From: an uncultured Bacteroides sp.
Lineage (GTDB): Bacteria; Bacteroidota; Bacteroidia; Bacteroidales; SM23-62
Reading direction: 5' to 3'
DNA length: 64,000 nt
Assembly (NCBI GenBank): GCA_964575235.1
Contig: CAZNQG010000001.1
Location: 5,467 to 69,466, forward strand
The notes beneath the pieces were generated by a model, which worked only from the letters and a program-made list of their open reading frames with translations, made no database searches and was not told the DNA's origin. Numbering within the stretch: the first letter of the stretch is position 1; each line of letters begins with the position of its first letter. Below, piece by piece: positions 10,307 through 20,525 of this stretch. Both the position numbers and the translations under genes were made by a program.

Positions 10307-11413
10307 ATGAAAGTCAAGGAAATCATCACCTGTCTTGAAACCTTTGCACCCCCCGAATACCAGGAATCATATGATAATGCCGGACTTCAGACGGGAGACC
10401 CGGAACAGGAGGTCAGCGGGGCCCTGGTCTGTATTGATGTTACACCGGAGGTCCTCCAGGAGGCCGTCCGGACGGGTGCGGGACTGATCCTTTCACACCA
10501 TCCGGTGATTTTCGGGGGACTCAAGAAACTGACCGGGTCCACACCGGCCGAACGGGTGATCATGGAGGCCGTCCGGCGGGAGATTTCCATTTATTCCGCT
10601 CACACCAACCTGGATGCCGTGCACCGGGGGGTAAGTTTCCGGATGGCGGAGAAACTCGGGATTAAAAAGCCGAAGGTCCTTGCACCGGTCAGGGGATACC
10701 TGCGCAAACTGGTCTTTTTTGTTCCCAGCGACCACGCCGCCGGGGTGCGTGACGCGATTTTCGAAGCCGGGGCCGGTCATATCGGGGAATACGACATGTG
10801 TAGTTTCAACGCTCCCGGGAACGGTACATTCCGGGGAGGGGAGGGAAGCGATCCCTTCGTCGGGGAAAAGGGCAAAATGCATACGGAACCCGAACTGAGG
10901 GTGGAGACCGTTTTCCCCAAGGAAAGGGAAGCGCGGATACTGCGGGCCTTGCTCGGGGCGCATCCCTATGAGGAGGTGGCCTACGATGTATACCCCCTGG
11001 AAAACGAATACGACCTGGCCGGGATGGGAGCGTTCGGGGAAATTAAAAAGCCCCTTGAGGAAAAAGAATTCCTGGACCTGCTGAAGGACCGTTTCGGGGT
11101 TCCTGTGATCCGCCATTCGAAATTCTTGGATAAACCGGTGAAGACCGTTGCCCTCTGCGGAGGAAGCGGCAGCCAACTGATCCAACGGGCTCTTGCCGGG
11201 GGGGCCGATGCTTTTGTGACCGGAGATATCCGTTACCACCCGTTTTTTGATGCGGATGGCAAAATCCTGTTGGCGGATATCGGACACTATGAAAGCGAAC
11301 GGTTTACCTGCGAAATAATTTATGATTTACTTAAGAAAAAATTCCCTAAATTTGCAGTTCGTTTAACGCAGGTGAATACGAATCCGGTAAATTATTATTT
11401 TAAAAATGGCTGA
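10307..11413 (+). CDS. Nif3-like dinuclear metal centre protein (YbgI/GTP cyclohydrolase 1 type 2 family)
   Basis: 368 aa with DNAGLQ, SHHPVIFGG, AHTNLD and C-terminal GHYESE motifs, plus the inserted PII-like domain typical of long Nif3 proteins. Confidence 0.9.
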   Translation: MKVKEIITCLETFAPPEYQESYDNAGLQTGDPEQEVSGALVCIDVTPEVLQEAVRTGAGLILSHHPVIFGGLKKLTGSTPAERVIMEAVRREISIYSAHTNLDAVHRGVSFRMAEKLGIKKPKVLAPVRGYLRKLVFFVPSDHAAGVRDAIFEAGAGHIGEYDMCSFNAPGNGTFRGGEGSDPFVGEKGKMHTEPELRVETVFPKEREARILRALLGAHPYEEVAYDVYPLENEYDLAGMGAFGEIKKPLEEKEFLDLLKDRFGVPVIRHSKFLDKPVKTVALCGGSGSQLIQRALAGGADAFVTGDIRYHPFFDADGKILLADIGHYESERFTCEIIYDLLKKKFPKFAVRLTQVNTNPVNYYFKNG

Positions 11414-12164
11414 AAAGGCAAAGAAGGGCGATGTAGCCGAAATGTCTGTAGCAGAAAAGCTCAGCGCTTTATACCAGTTACAGCAGGTAGATACAGAAAT
11501 AGACAAGATCAAGATACTCCGGGGTGAATTGCCCCTTGAAGTCCAGGATCTGGAGGACGAGATTGCGGGACTCGAAACGCGGGTCGGAAACATAGAGACC
11601 GAGGTAAGCGCCATGCAGGAATCCATTTTGAAGAAGAACAACGAAATCGTGAATGCCCAGAGCCTGATCAAAAAGTATGAGGAGCAGCAGAAGAACGTAA
11701 GGAACAACCGCGAATACGATTCGCTTTCAAAGGAGATCGAATTCCAGACCCTGGAGATTGAACTGGCGGAAAAGCGTAAAAAGGAGTTCAGCGAACAGGT
11801 GACCGACAAGGAAACGTTGATTGCAGAATCCAAGACCGTACTGGAAGAAAGGCAGGGTGACCTGAAGAACAAGCAGTCCGAGCTGGACGAGATCATTTCA
11901 GATACCCAGAAGGAAGAGGAAGTGCTCGCCAAAAAGCGGATCGATATCCAGAACATAATTGAGCCCCGGCTTTTTACTGCATATGAGAAGATCCGTGCCA
12001 ACGCCCGGAACGGGCTTGCCGTGGTGACCGTCGAAAGGGATGCATGCGGCGGGTGTTTCAATAAGATTCCCCCGCAGCGCCAGCTTGATATCGCATCCAG
12101 GAAAAAGGTGATCGTTTGTGAATACTGCGGCCGTATCCTGGTGGATATCGACAAGGAAGACTGA
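11406..12164 (+). CDS. Coiled-coil zinc-ribbon protein (COG1579-type partner of Nif3)
   Basis: Long coiled coil and a C-terminal CGGCFNKIP...CEYCGRIL zinc ribbon. It overlaps the Nif3 stop by 8 nt. Confidence 0.8.
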   Translation: MAEKAKKGDVAEMSVAEKLSALYQLQQVDTEIDKIKILRGELPLEVQDLEDEIAGLETRVGNIETEVSAMQESILKKNNEIVNAQSLIKKYEEQQKNVRNNREYDSLSKEIEFQTLEIELAEKRKKEFSEQVTDKETLIAESKTVLEERQGDLKNKQSELDEIISDTQKEEEVLAKKRIDIQNIIEPRLFTAYEKIRANARNGLAVVTVERDACGGCFNKIPPQRQLDIASRKKVIVCEYCGRILVDIDKED

Positions 12165-12190
12165 TCGGTACTGTACAGACATAAATGACA

Positions 12191-12226
12191 AGCTGTCCAC
12201 AGCACATCGCCGGGCAGCTTTTTTTG
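12191..12226 (+). terminator. Rho-independent terminator candidate
   Basis: AGCTGTCC (12191-12198) pairs with GGGCAGCT (12212-12219), with one G-U pair. The loop is 13 nt and a T7 run follows at 12220-12226. Confidence 0.5.
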
Positions 12227-12227
12227 C

Positions 12228-13862
12228 ATGATCGGGATGCTCCTCCATACCCTCCTTACATGGCTCCTGTCCGGGATGCTGCTACAGGGTTCTACGGCCC
12301 GGGCTATTCAGGGTACGATACAATCCCCGGGACGATTCAACACCCCCCGAATTTCAGGCTACGCTGCAGAACAGGGTATGGATCCGGGTGCCTCTATCGA
12401 TCCGGATGTTCCGGTCGTTGTGCTGGATTCGATCTTTTACCGCATCCTGGACCTCCGGCTGGAGGCCGCGGACAGCTTGCTGGAACGATCCCAGCAGTAT
12501 AACCCCGGCAATCCCGGCACATTCTACCTGATTAACTACGGGGATTTCCTGGATGCCCTGATTGCCGGAAGCCGGCCGGAATTCGAGGATTACCTCAGGG
12601 GTTCCGGGGAACGCATCGGATTATTACTCCAGGATACCGGAAAGGATCCCTTTGCTTACTCATACGTTTCATCGGCACATCTGCAATCCTCCATGCTATG
12701 CGCATACCACGGGGAATATTTCCGGGCGGCCAGGCATTATTATTATGCCTTTCGCTATCTGCGCCAGTCCGAGCTCGAAGCTCCGGGTAATCCTATGAAT
12801 TACAGGAACCGGGGACTAATCACGCTTGTGAGCGCAGCGGTCCCGGAAGAATACAGGTGGATACTGAATGTTTTCGGGCTCCGGGGGGATACGGAAGAAG
12901 GATTCGGCTACCTGCAGGAGTACATGGCGGCTGCGGCCGGTCCCGAACGCCTCGAGGCCTGCCTGCTCCTGATGTTCGCAGGGCAGGTCCTTGGGACGGG
13001 TGACCCGGTTGTGAACGGGCGGCCGGATCCGCCGGGTTGCGGGGAACAAGCCGGTGCCCGGGATTACGGACAAACCCTGCAGCGGTACGCGAGGGCCCTC
13101 GCCGACCTGAGCTCCGGTGAAAGCAAGGCCGTTGTGGAGAACCTTGGGAATTACCGGCAGGCCGACGGGGAACGGGCATTCCCCTACCTGGACCTTCTGC
13201 TGGGGGAAGCCGGGCTCCAGCGTCTCGACTCCTCGGCCGGGCCGTCGCTGGAACGGTTCATCCGGGGCAATACGGGCCTGCATTACAGGCATTATGCCTG
13301 GCACCGCTTGAGCTGGCACCATGCCCTGAAAGGGGAATGGGAGCTTTACCGGGCCGCACGCCGGCAGGTTCTCGAATGCGGTGACCCTTACCTGGACGCC
13401 GACCGGCAATCCCTCGCCGAAGCCGTGGACACCCTGCCGCTGAACATTGACTTGTTGAAAGCCAGGCTGCTCTTCGACGGGGGCGACTGCCTGGAGGCAC
13501 TTGGGGCGCTCGGAAAATATTCGGACAGCCCGGATAGTACGGAGGAAATAAAAATTCCGCTGCTCAGCAGGCGGGACACCATCGAGTACCGTTACCGGCT
13601 GGCCAGGATCCACGAAAGGCTCGGTGAAACGGGAAAGGCCATCACCGGCTACGATCGGGTGATTGCATCGGGGTCGGACGGGGACTGGTATTTTGCTCCC
13701 AACGCCGCCCTTCACATGGGAATGATACACGAACAGGCCGGGAATACGGAGGAAGCCGGGAAATATTACCGGATATGCCTGAAGATCAACCGTTCAGCCT
13801 ATGAGAAAAGCATCGATTACCGGGCCCGGCAGGGCCTTCGGAGGCTGGAGAAAATACCATAA
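12228..13862 (+). CDS. Hypothetical protein with C-terminal TPR-like repeats
   Basis: 544-aa ORF with a hydrophobic N-terminus. The C-terminus has TPR-like helices (YRLARIHERLGETGKAITGYDRVIA; ALHMGMIHEQAGNTEEAGKYYRICLKIN). No family recognised. Confidence 0.5.
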   Translation: MIGMLLHTLLTWLLSGMLLQGSTARAIQGTIQSPGRFNTPRISGYAAEQGMDPGASIDPDVPVVVLDSIFYRILDLRLEAADSLLERSQQYNPGNPGTFYLINYGDFLDALIAGSRPEFEDYLRGSGERIGLLLQDTGKDPFAYSYVSSAHLQSSMLCAYHGEYFRAARHYYYAFRYLRQSELEAPGNPMNYRNRGLITLVSAAVPEEYRWILNVFGLRGDTEEGFGYLQEYMAAAAGPERLEACLLLMFAGQVLGTGDPVVNGRPDPPGCGEQAGARDYGQTLQRYARALADLSSGESKAVVENLGNYRQADGERAFPYLDLLLGEAGLQRLDSSAGPSLERFIRGNTGLHYRHYAWHRLSWHHALKGEWELYRAARRQVLECGDPYLDADRQSLAEAVDTLPLNIDLLKARLLFDGGDCLEALGALGKYSDSPDSTEEIKIPLLSRRDTIEYRYRLARIHERLGETGKAITGYDRVIASGSDGDWYFAPNAALHMGMIHEQAGNTEEAGKYYRICLKINRSAYEKSIDYRARQGLRRLEKIP

Positions 13863-13955
13863 AGCACAGAGCCTGATAGACATTGAAAGCATAATGTAAT
13901 TGCCGGGATATGATATTTCGCATCGGCTGAAATGAACTGAACCTAAATGATATAA

Positions 13956-16259
13956 ATGATGAAAATAAATCACGCGCTCGGTATCAGCCTGTTCTGTACG
14001 CTATTCATAGGTTCCGGATGCCTCCGGGCGCAACCTAAATACCCGGAACTCACAAAACCGCCCGCACCGGGAGAAATCATAAATCAGTTACCCGCGGAAT
14101 ACATGCCCGTCATAGGCGTCTGGGTGATGAGTGAACAGGAACTGAGTCCCGACGGTTTTAAAAAAACACTGGACCAGGCAAGCAAGAATTCGCCATTTAA
14201 CCTCCTGATCCCCTTCCTGAGGTTCCCGGACAAGGAAGTGGCTGACGACGAGATCTACCAAGCCGTAAAACAGGCGGCAGAGTATGCTGTTGAGAACAAC
14301 CTGGTGCTGGTCCCCGACCTGGATGTCCGGTCTGCGCGCCGCGCTTTTAAAAAACAATATCCGGATGAACTGCAGGAATTGCTAAGGGTACAGGAAATAA
14401 AACTTACCGGCGAAAAGAAGACGGAAACATACATCAAGAGTATCGATAACCTGAGTGATCACTACACGGATGGGAACATACCGAAATACAATGCCCTTAA
14501 GAGTTCCCTCCTGCGGGTTTATGCATACCGGAGCGGGCCGGAAGGAATTGAACCGGAGACCCTGGAAGACATCACGAAGGACTGCCGGGTAACCTGTTCA
14601 TCCGAAGATTCTGTCAGGATAAGCATTCCGGTTTCCGGTGACAAACACACCCATGCCTGCGTCATGGCTTCCTTTACCTTGTTCTATCCGGATATTTTCG
14701 CACCGCATCTGATGGAATTCCAGCGTCAGCTGATCCGTCAGTATGCCGATGTTCCCCTGGCGGGTGTTTGCAAGGACGAGTGGGGATTTCCACCCTATTT
14801 CCCCAGATATGCCGTTGAAGGCACGTACGATTTCTGGTATTCCGGGCACCGTGCCGCGGAATATGCCGACCGGACGGGAGGAAGGGAATTGCTGGGTGAC
14901 TGTCTGCTGATGGCCATAGGTATCCGGGGAAGGGAGATCGAAAGGCAGGTGGCCATCAATCATTTCAGGGAGATGTCCCTGGAGCGGAACGCTGCCCTGG
15001 AGGCTGATTTTTACGATGCGGTGAAGGAAGCTTTCGGTCCCAAAGCCGTCGTAACGGTGCACCCGACCTGGTGGCCGTATCCCGACCGCCAGGAAATGAA
15101 GAAAAACGGGCTTGACTGGTGGGCTGTGAAGCGGGACTGGGCGCAGACGGATGAAATCGTACCCTTCGGTGCAAGAACGGCTCTCTGCAAGAAATGGGGC
15201 AGTCCCATATGGTACAACATGTACTATACCAGGATGTTCCCCGACCAGTTGTGGAGTTCGGCCCTGGGCGGAGGCAGGCTGGACTACCTGAGCTTTCAGA
15301 GACTTTACGATAAAGACCTGATGCGGGCCGAAACCCGGATAAGACTCCTGAACAGCATCAGCCGAAGTCCCCTGGACTGCCCCGTGGCCGTGATCTTCGG
15401 CCATGCGGCTTCCATGAACTGGGCGGGTTCGTATTTTAACGACGTCGGGATGCCCCTGCTAAACCTTTTATGGAACGCCGGTTACCCGGCCGATCTGATA
15501 CCGACCAGCGAGATTGATAACGGAAGCCTGCGGACCGACGAGGAGGGCTGGATATGTTACGGTGACCAGCGCTATGCCGCCGCGGTCCTTTACCATCCGG
15601 AATTCGACAAGAAAACCACCTCGGAGTTTTTCATGAACCCGGGCATCCGCAAGACCGCCATGTTCCGCGTTGGCGATTGGACGAGGGATTTCTACGGTAA
15701 GCCCGTGGATGCAAATCGAATCCTGCCCGTAACCATGACGGTCGTAAAAGATTACAGGGATGCATACCTCCGGATCGCAGAAGTATTGAGGGATCGTAAT
15801 ATAGCCCCGCAGACACCGGCGACGGAGGACCTGGATGAGAAATACTATACCCTCCGGGATTTCCACGAGGTCTCCAAATTCCCGCCGACTACCGGTTTCT
15901 GCCGCCTGATAGACGGTACGGTCATTCATGTGGCGGGAACGCACGATGTAAGCGGGGATCCCATACGTACCGAATTCCGCATCGGGGATTACCCGGTTGC
16001 CTTTGATGCCGTAGGAGTGGCTGCAGTGCGGCTGGATGAGAACGGGGAGGTCAGGGCTCTGGCTGCGGGAAGCCTTAAGTCATTTAAAAGCGGTAGTTTT
16101 AAGATCGAGCTGGACGAACCCGTGGACCTCGCCCTGTGGATGGATGATGCGGGAATATGGAAAGGCATAATACAGGGCAGGGGAGGACCCATACCCGAAG
16201 CCCTGTTGAAAATCACGGGTAACTGGCAACGCATCCTCATCCCGGAAGACCGTCAATGA
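13956..16259 (+). CDS. Hypothetical 767-aa lipoprotein (no recognisable family)
   Basis: The lipoprotein signal LFCTLFIGSGC and a long uninterrupted ORF with host-like composition. It lies directly upstream of the GH31 gene. Confidence 0.6.
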   Translation: MMKINHALGISLFCTLFIGSGCLRAQPKYPELTKPPAPGEIINQLPAEYMPVIGVWVMSEQELSPDGFKKTLDQASKNSPFNLLIPFLRFPDKEVADDEIYQAVKQAAEYAVENNLVLVPDLDVRSARRAFKKQYPDELQELLRVQEIKLTGEKKTETYIKSIDNLSDHYTDGNIPKYNALKSSLLRVYAYRSGPEGIEPETLEDITKDCRVTCSSEDSVRISIPVSGDKHTHACVMASFTLFYPDIFAPHLMEFQRQLIRQYADVPLAGVCKDEWGFPPYFPRYAVEGTYDFWYSGHRAAEYADRTGGRELLGDCLLMAIGIRGREIERQVAINHFREMSLERNAALEADFYDAVKEAFGPKAVVTVHPTWWPYPDRQEMKKNGLDWWAVKRDWAQTDEIVPFGARTALCKKWGSPIWYNMYYTRMFPDQLWSSALGGGRLDYLSFQRLYDKDLMRAETRIRLLNSISRSPLDCPVAVIFGHAASMNWAGSYFNDVGMPLLNLLWNAGYPADLIPTSEIDNGSLRTDEEGWICYGDQRYAAAVLYHPEFDKKTTSEFFMNPGIRKTAMFRVGDWTRDFYGKPVDANRILPVTMTVVKDYRDAYLRIAEVLRDRNIAPQTPATEDLDEKYYTLRDFHEVSKFPPTTGFCRLIDGTVIHVAGTHDVSGDPIRTEFRIGDYPVAFDAVGVAAVRLDENGEVRALAAGSLKSFKSGSFKIELDEPVDLALWMDDAGIWKGIIQGRGGPIPEALLKITGNWQRILIPEDRQ

Positions 16260-16319
16260 CCTGCAGCCGCCTGTGCGCCGCTTGTTTTTGTGTCCATAAG
16301 GATGTAAATTGAAAAAAAA

Positions 16320-18554
16320 ATGAAGCATATGAAATGTACAGAATTTTCACTGAAAGCAACGATCCTCTCCTCGCTCTTTTTATGGATTTTTATTTCCTGC
16401 ACCCACCAGGGGATCGTGAAGGTCAGCGTGAGCGAAACGAACGATTTCCCCCTGCTGGAGATCAGACATCCTTCGGGACCGGATATCGTTTTTCAACCCG
16501 TATCGAAGGATACCGGAAGCATCGGTTTTGAGTCGGGAGGGGAGATCTTCTGGCTCAGGGGCGAGCCGGACCAGCAATACCGAGAAGACGGAAAGCTGGA
16601 TCTGGTCTGGAACCTGGATACAGGGGATCGGGTTAGGATCCGGATTAACGAAAATCCGGACGCACCTGTTTTGAAACTGGCCCTGGTGTCAGCCGACAGC
16701 CTTAAAAAGCCCGAAAAATGGTTTATCCATGCAAGGGCGAGCGAAGGGGAATACTTCACCGGTGCCCTGGAAAGGGTGGTGGATGGTCCCCAGGGAGACT
16801 CATGGAGGCAGGGCATTGAAACGGCCATGGATTTGCGGAACGAGCGCGTTGAAATGAAGGTGAAACCGACGGTCTCCGCCTATGCTCCTTTTTACCTTTC
16901 GTCGAATAATTACGGACTTTTTGTGAAAGGAACCTGGCCGGGGCTGTTTGACTTCTGCAAGACACATCCGGGTATCGTCCGGATCGCTTTCGAAGGCCCG
17001 GAACTGGTCTTTAAGCTTTACCTGGGATCTGAACCCGGAGAGATCGTTCGAAAGCACGCACTCGAGACCGGACCCTCATTTGTTCCGCCCAAATGGGCAT
17101 TCGGCCCGTGGCGCTGGCGCGATGAACACCGCAACGGGAAAACTTATTTTGACGGCTCGGAGGTTAAGGCTCCCTACAATTCGGAAATCGTGGAGGACAT
17201 CCTGATGATGGATGCATACGACATTCCCTGTACGGCCTACTGGATCGATCGTCCATGGGGGCCCGGAGGCTTCGGTTTCGAAGATTATGAGATCGATTAT
17301 GAACGACTGCCGAATTTTACAGAAATGATCACCTGGCTCAACGGGAAAGGCATCGAGCTGATGCTCTGGATCTGTCCCTGGGTGTACGGTGATATGGCCG
17401 TCGTTGCCAGGGAAAAAGGCTACGGTCTGGTCCCCCGCAGCATGAGGAGAAGGTTCGGCAGGCCCCCCGGACCCAGGCCGGGTGGCCCGGATTCTCCCGC
17501 AGGGGTGGATACGGCAAGGTTTAACCGGTTCCTGAGGAGGATGGAAAGGGAAATGGGAACCATGGTGGTGATGGACTACTCCAATCCGGAAGCATGCGCC
17601 TGGTGGGGGGAGAACGGCCCCGGAAAGCTCGCCCGGATGGGTGTCAAAGGTTTTAAGCTGGACCGTGGGGACGGGGAACGGCTTTGCGATTCCTTACACC
17701 TGCTGACCTCTGCCGGCCTGTCCTACCGTGAAAATTACAACGATTATCCCAGGCAGTATGTGAAGGCAACATACGATGCGGTTGAACCGGTGCTGGGCGG
17801 CGATTTCGTTTTGTTTCCCCGGGCACAGTACACCGGGAGTGCCAGATACGGCGCCATGTGGGCCGGGGATACCGATAACTCGGATGAAGGTTTGCGTTCT
17901 GCACTGATCGCTTTGCAGCGATGTGCGGTGATGGGGTATCCGCTCTGGACCTCCGATGCCGGAGGGTATCCCAAGCGCCTTGAACGGGAGACGGCAATGC
18001 GCTGGATCGGGTTCGCATGCTTTTGCCCGATTATGGAAGTTGGTCCTACCGATAACCGCGGTTTCTGGGGAATGAACTATGAGCCTTCATACGATCACGA
18101 ATTGCTGGCCGTCTGGCGATTCTATGCCAAGCTGAGAATGAGCCTGGCAGATTATGTGCACGACTATGCAGTGGCGGCTCATGAAACGGGAATGCCCATT
18201 GCCAGGCCGCTGTTCATGGAATACCCGGAGCAGGATGAATGCTGGGAGGAATGGGAAACCTATAAATTCGGGGATGACCTGCTGGTTTCCCTGGCCTGGG
18301 AGAACGGGAGAACCACACAGAGGGTTTACCTGCCGGCCGGCGAAACCTGGATCAACCTATGGGATGAACAGGAATACGAAGGAGGGCAGTACCTGGAGGT
18401 CGATGCAGCCGTTTATAAGATCCCCGTGTTCCTGAGGAAAGGGAGTGATCTGGAGCTGCCGGGGCTGAGTGAATTGTATGAGGAATCGGTGGCCCTGACT
18501 TCTGAAAAACTTCAGATGAGCCTTCTGGAAGAGAAAGAAGACTGGATGAAATAG
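16320..18554 (+). CDS. Glycoside hydrolase family 31 protein (alpha-glucosidase/xylosidase-like)
   Basis: Lipoprotein-type signal (LFLWIFISC). GH31 catalytic-region motifs YWIDRPWG, GVKGFKLDRGDGE and MWAGDTDN are present. Confidence 0.85.
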   Translation: MKHMKCTEFSLKATILSSLFLWIFISCTHQGIVKVSVSETNDFPLLEIRHPSGPDIVFQPVSKDTGSIGFESGGEIFWLRGEPDQQYREDGKLDLVWNLDTGDRVRIRINENPDAPVLKLALVSADSLKKPEKWFIHARASEGEYFTGALERVVDGPQGDSWRQGIETAMDLRNERVEMKVKPTVSAYAPFYLSSNNYGLFVKGTWPGLFDFCKTHPGIVRIAFEGPELVFKLYLGSEPGEIVRKHALETGPSFVPPKWAFGPWRWRDEHRNGKTYFDGSEVKAPYNSEIVEDILMMDAYDIPCTAYWIDRPWGPGGFGFEDYEIDYERLPNFTEMITWLNGKGIELMLWICPWVYGDMAVVAREKGYGLVPRSMRRRFGRPPGPRPGGPDSPAGVDTARFNRFLRRMEREMGTMVVMDYSNPEACAWWGENGPGKLARMGVKGFKLDRGDGERLCDSLHLLTSAGLSYRENYNDYPRQYVKATYDAVEPVLGGDFVLFPRAQYTGSARYGAMWAGDTDNSDEGLRSALIALQRCAVMGYPLWTSDAGGYPKRLERETAMRWIGFACFCPIMEVGPTDNRGFWGMNYEPSYDHELLAVWRFYAKLRMSLADYVHDYAVAAHETGMPIARPLFMEYPEQDECWEEWETYKFGDDLLVSLAWENGRTTQRVYLPAGETWINLWDEQEYEGGQYLEVDAAVYKIPVFLRKGSDLELPGLSELYEESVALTSEKLQMSLLEEKEDWMK

Positions 18555-18574
18555 GGAAAGGGTTCGGGTGGAAC

Positions 18575-19702
18575 TCAATCCGGCTGTTCCGGGAAAGGGC
18601 TTTGCGGGACGTTGGAAAGGTGTTCCCGTGTATCTTCGCAGAATTCCAGGAAGGTGGCCTTTTCGTCTTCCGTGAAGCCGATATCTTGCATTGTTTCATC
18701 CGGGATGCCGCATGGGACCAGCTCGAAAATGCTCCTCTCATCCCGATCGTGTTTGTGTACATACACCGGCAGATAATCCATGCCGACGATACGCGTTTCG
18801 TCGGTCTTTTCCAGTAGGAGTCCCACAACAATACCCCCGTTCCGGTACCGGTCCCTCTGGTTGGAAACAAAATTCCCCAGGGAATAGACCACAGGCCGGT
18901 AATAGTTCCTGCCGAACTTCTGGAACCTGACCGGCTGGACTACATGGGGATGGGAACCGATAACAGCGTCAACTCCCTGATCAAACAGGAAACGGGCCAG
19001 CTCCTGCTGCGTTTGGTTTTCCTCCCGCTGGTATTCCTTTCCCCAGTGCATGCATGCGATGATAAGATCGGGTTCCGCCAGTTGAACTTTCCGGATATCC
19101 TGGCGGATCAGCGTGGTGTCGATGTAATTCACGATGTTGGGTGTATCCGCCACCAGGCTGTTGGTGCCGTATGTATAATTCAGCAGGGCAAGCAGGATAT
19201 CGTTCTTTTCAAGGAGCAGGGGATAGCTCGACTCCCTCTGGCCGGGGGAGACGAAAGACCCGGTAAGGATCATGCCTTTGTCGTCGAGCACCTGCCGTGT
19301 GCGTTCGAGTCCCTCTTTACCCCTGTCCAGAGCGTGGTTGTTTGCGTTCACCAGCACATTGAAACCGGCATCCAGCAGGGCATCGGTAAGTTCATCGGGG
19401 CTGGAAAACTGGGGATAGCCCTTGTATGGCGGTCCCCCGTGCGTCAACTCCAGGTTCCCAACGGCAATACCGGCCTCCTTCAGGTAGGGTTTGAGGTGCC
19501 GGAAACAACCGGTGTAATCGTAGCTGCCTGAATCCGACCTGGCCGCCTCGATCTGGGAATCGTGCCCCATGATGTCGCCGGCGAACACGATTCGCAGGGT
19601 GGATGGCTCATCCCCCTGGGCCAGGGCAGGGGCAACATGCCCTGATGAAAGGGCGGTGATGAGGGTGACGATGCACGATATTTTACGAAAAATCAATTTC
19701 AT
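18575..19702 (-). CDS. CapA family (PGA_cap) protein, second copy
   Basis: Start moved to MKLIFRKISCIVTLITALSS (ATG at 19702), which is a signal peptide. Motifs AGDIMGHD, NANNHALD, MHWGKEY and GSHPHV are present. The ORF-track N-terminal extension overlaps the upstream TPM gene. Confidence 0.8.
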   Translation of the reverse strand: MKLIFRKISCIVTLITALSSGHVAPALAQGDEPSTLRIVFAGDIMGHDSQIEAARSDSGSYDYTGCFRHLKPYLKEAGIAVGNLELTHGGPPYKGYPQFSSPDELTDALLDAGFNVLVNANNHALDRGKEGLERTRQVLDDKGMILTGSFVSPGQRESSYPLLLEKNDILLALLNYTYGTNSLVADTPNIVNYIDTTLIRQDIRKVQLAEPDLIIACMHWGKEYQREENQTQQELARFLFDQGVDAVIGSHPHVVQPVRFQKFGRNYYRPVVYSLGNFVSNQRDRYRNGGIVVGLLLEKTDETRIVGMDYLPVYVHKHDRDERSIFELVPCGIPDETMQDIGFTEDEKATFLEFCEDTREHLSNVPQSPFPEQPD

Positions 19703-19703
19703 G

Positions 19704-20510
19704 TTACCAGGCGCCTCCGGCACCGCCTCCGCCGAAACTGCCGCCCATGCCGCCTCCGAAGCCGCCTCCACCGAACCCCCCGAATCCGCCGCTGCCGGAA
19801 CTGAAATTGCCGTAACTTCCATGGTGTGACCGGCCTGCCCCGCTGGCCAGGAAGAGTGCGGCCCAGAACGGGAGGCTGCTTTTCCCCATGGTGTAATGCC
19901 TTCGGGAGCGCGACCTGCCGATAATCGAGAGCATGACGATGATGAAAACGATCGTTACGATCAGTCCCTCGGGAGCGGCGGAGCCAGAGCGCTCCTGTAT
20001 GTATTCATCCACGGTGTATTCTCCCCGGGTAAGGTCCATGATGGTGGTGGTTGCGGCATCCAGGCCGCCGTAATAATCCAGCTCCTTGAACCGGGGGATC
20101 ATATCGTAATCCACGATCCGGTTTGCTTTTGCATCGGGGACCACGGATTCCAACCCGTAACCGGAGGCAATGAACACATCCCCATGCTGCCGGTCGGGAG
20201 AGGGGTTCATCAGGATCAGGATCCCGTTGTCCTTACCCTTTGTGCCGATCCCCCATTCGTCCCCCAGCAGGAAACTGAATTCGGCGATATCGTAACCGGC
20301 CAGATCGTCCAGGATCACGATGTAGATCTGCGTGGAGGTCTGGTAGTAGAATTCCTGGAGTTTGGTTTCCAGCTTTTGCCGTTCGCTTTCCTTGAGGAGT
20401 TGCGAGAAGTCGTTGACCATCCTGGGAGGCTGCATCGGATCCGGGATATCCTGGGCCCGTGCCCCGTGCAGGGTAAAAATGACGAGCATCATGCTGAGAA
20501 TCTGTCTCAT
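19704..20510 (-). CDS. TPM domain protein (YgcG-like) with TM segment and Gly-rich tail
   Basis: Signal peptide, a TPM domain (VNDFSQLL..., IYIVILDDL), a TM helix and a C-terminal GSGGFGGFGGGGFGGG tail. Confidence 0.8.
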   Translation of the reverse strand: MRQILSMMLVIFTLHGARAQDIPDPMQPPRMVNDFSQLLKESERQKLETKLQEFYYQTSTQIYIVILDDLAGYDIAEFSFLLGDEWGIGTKGKDNGILILMNPSPDRQHGDVFIASGYGLESVVPDAKANRIVDYDMIPRFKELDYYGGLDAATTTIMDLTRGEYTVDEYIQERSGSAAPEGLIVTIVFIIVMLSIIGRSRSRRHYTMGKSSLPFWAALFLASGAGRSHHGSYGNFSSGSGGFGGFGGGGFGGGMGGSFGGGGAGGAW

Positions 20511-20525
20511 GGTTGTTCCTTTTTT

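Noticed and set aside
19710-19800. GC-rich quasi-repetitive DNA (CCGCCTCCGAAGCCGCCTCCACCGAA...)
   Set aside because: It is simply the coding sequence of the GGFGG-type glycine-rich tail of the TPM protein, not a repeat element.
19703-19822. N-terminal 40-aa extension of the second CapA ORF
   Set aside because: It overlaps the Gly-rich tail of the upstream TPM gene. The Met at 19702 starts a signal peptide.
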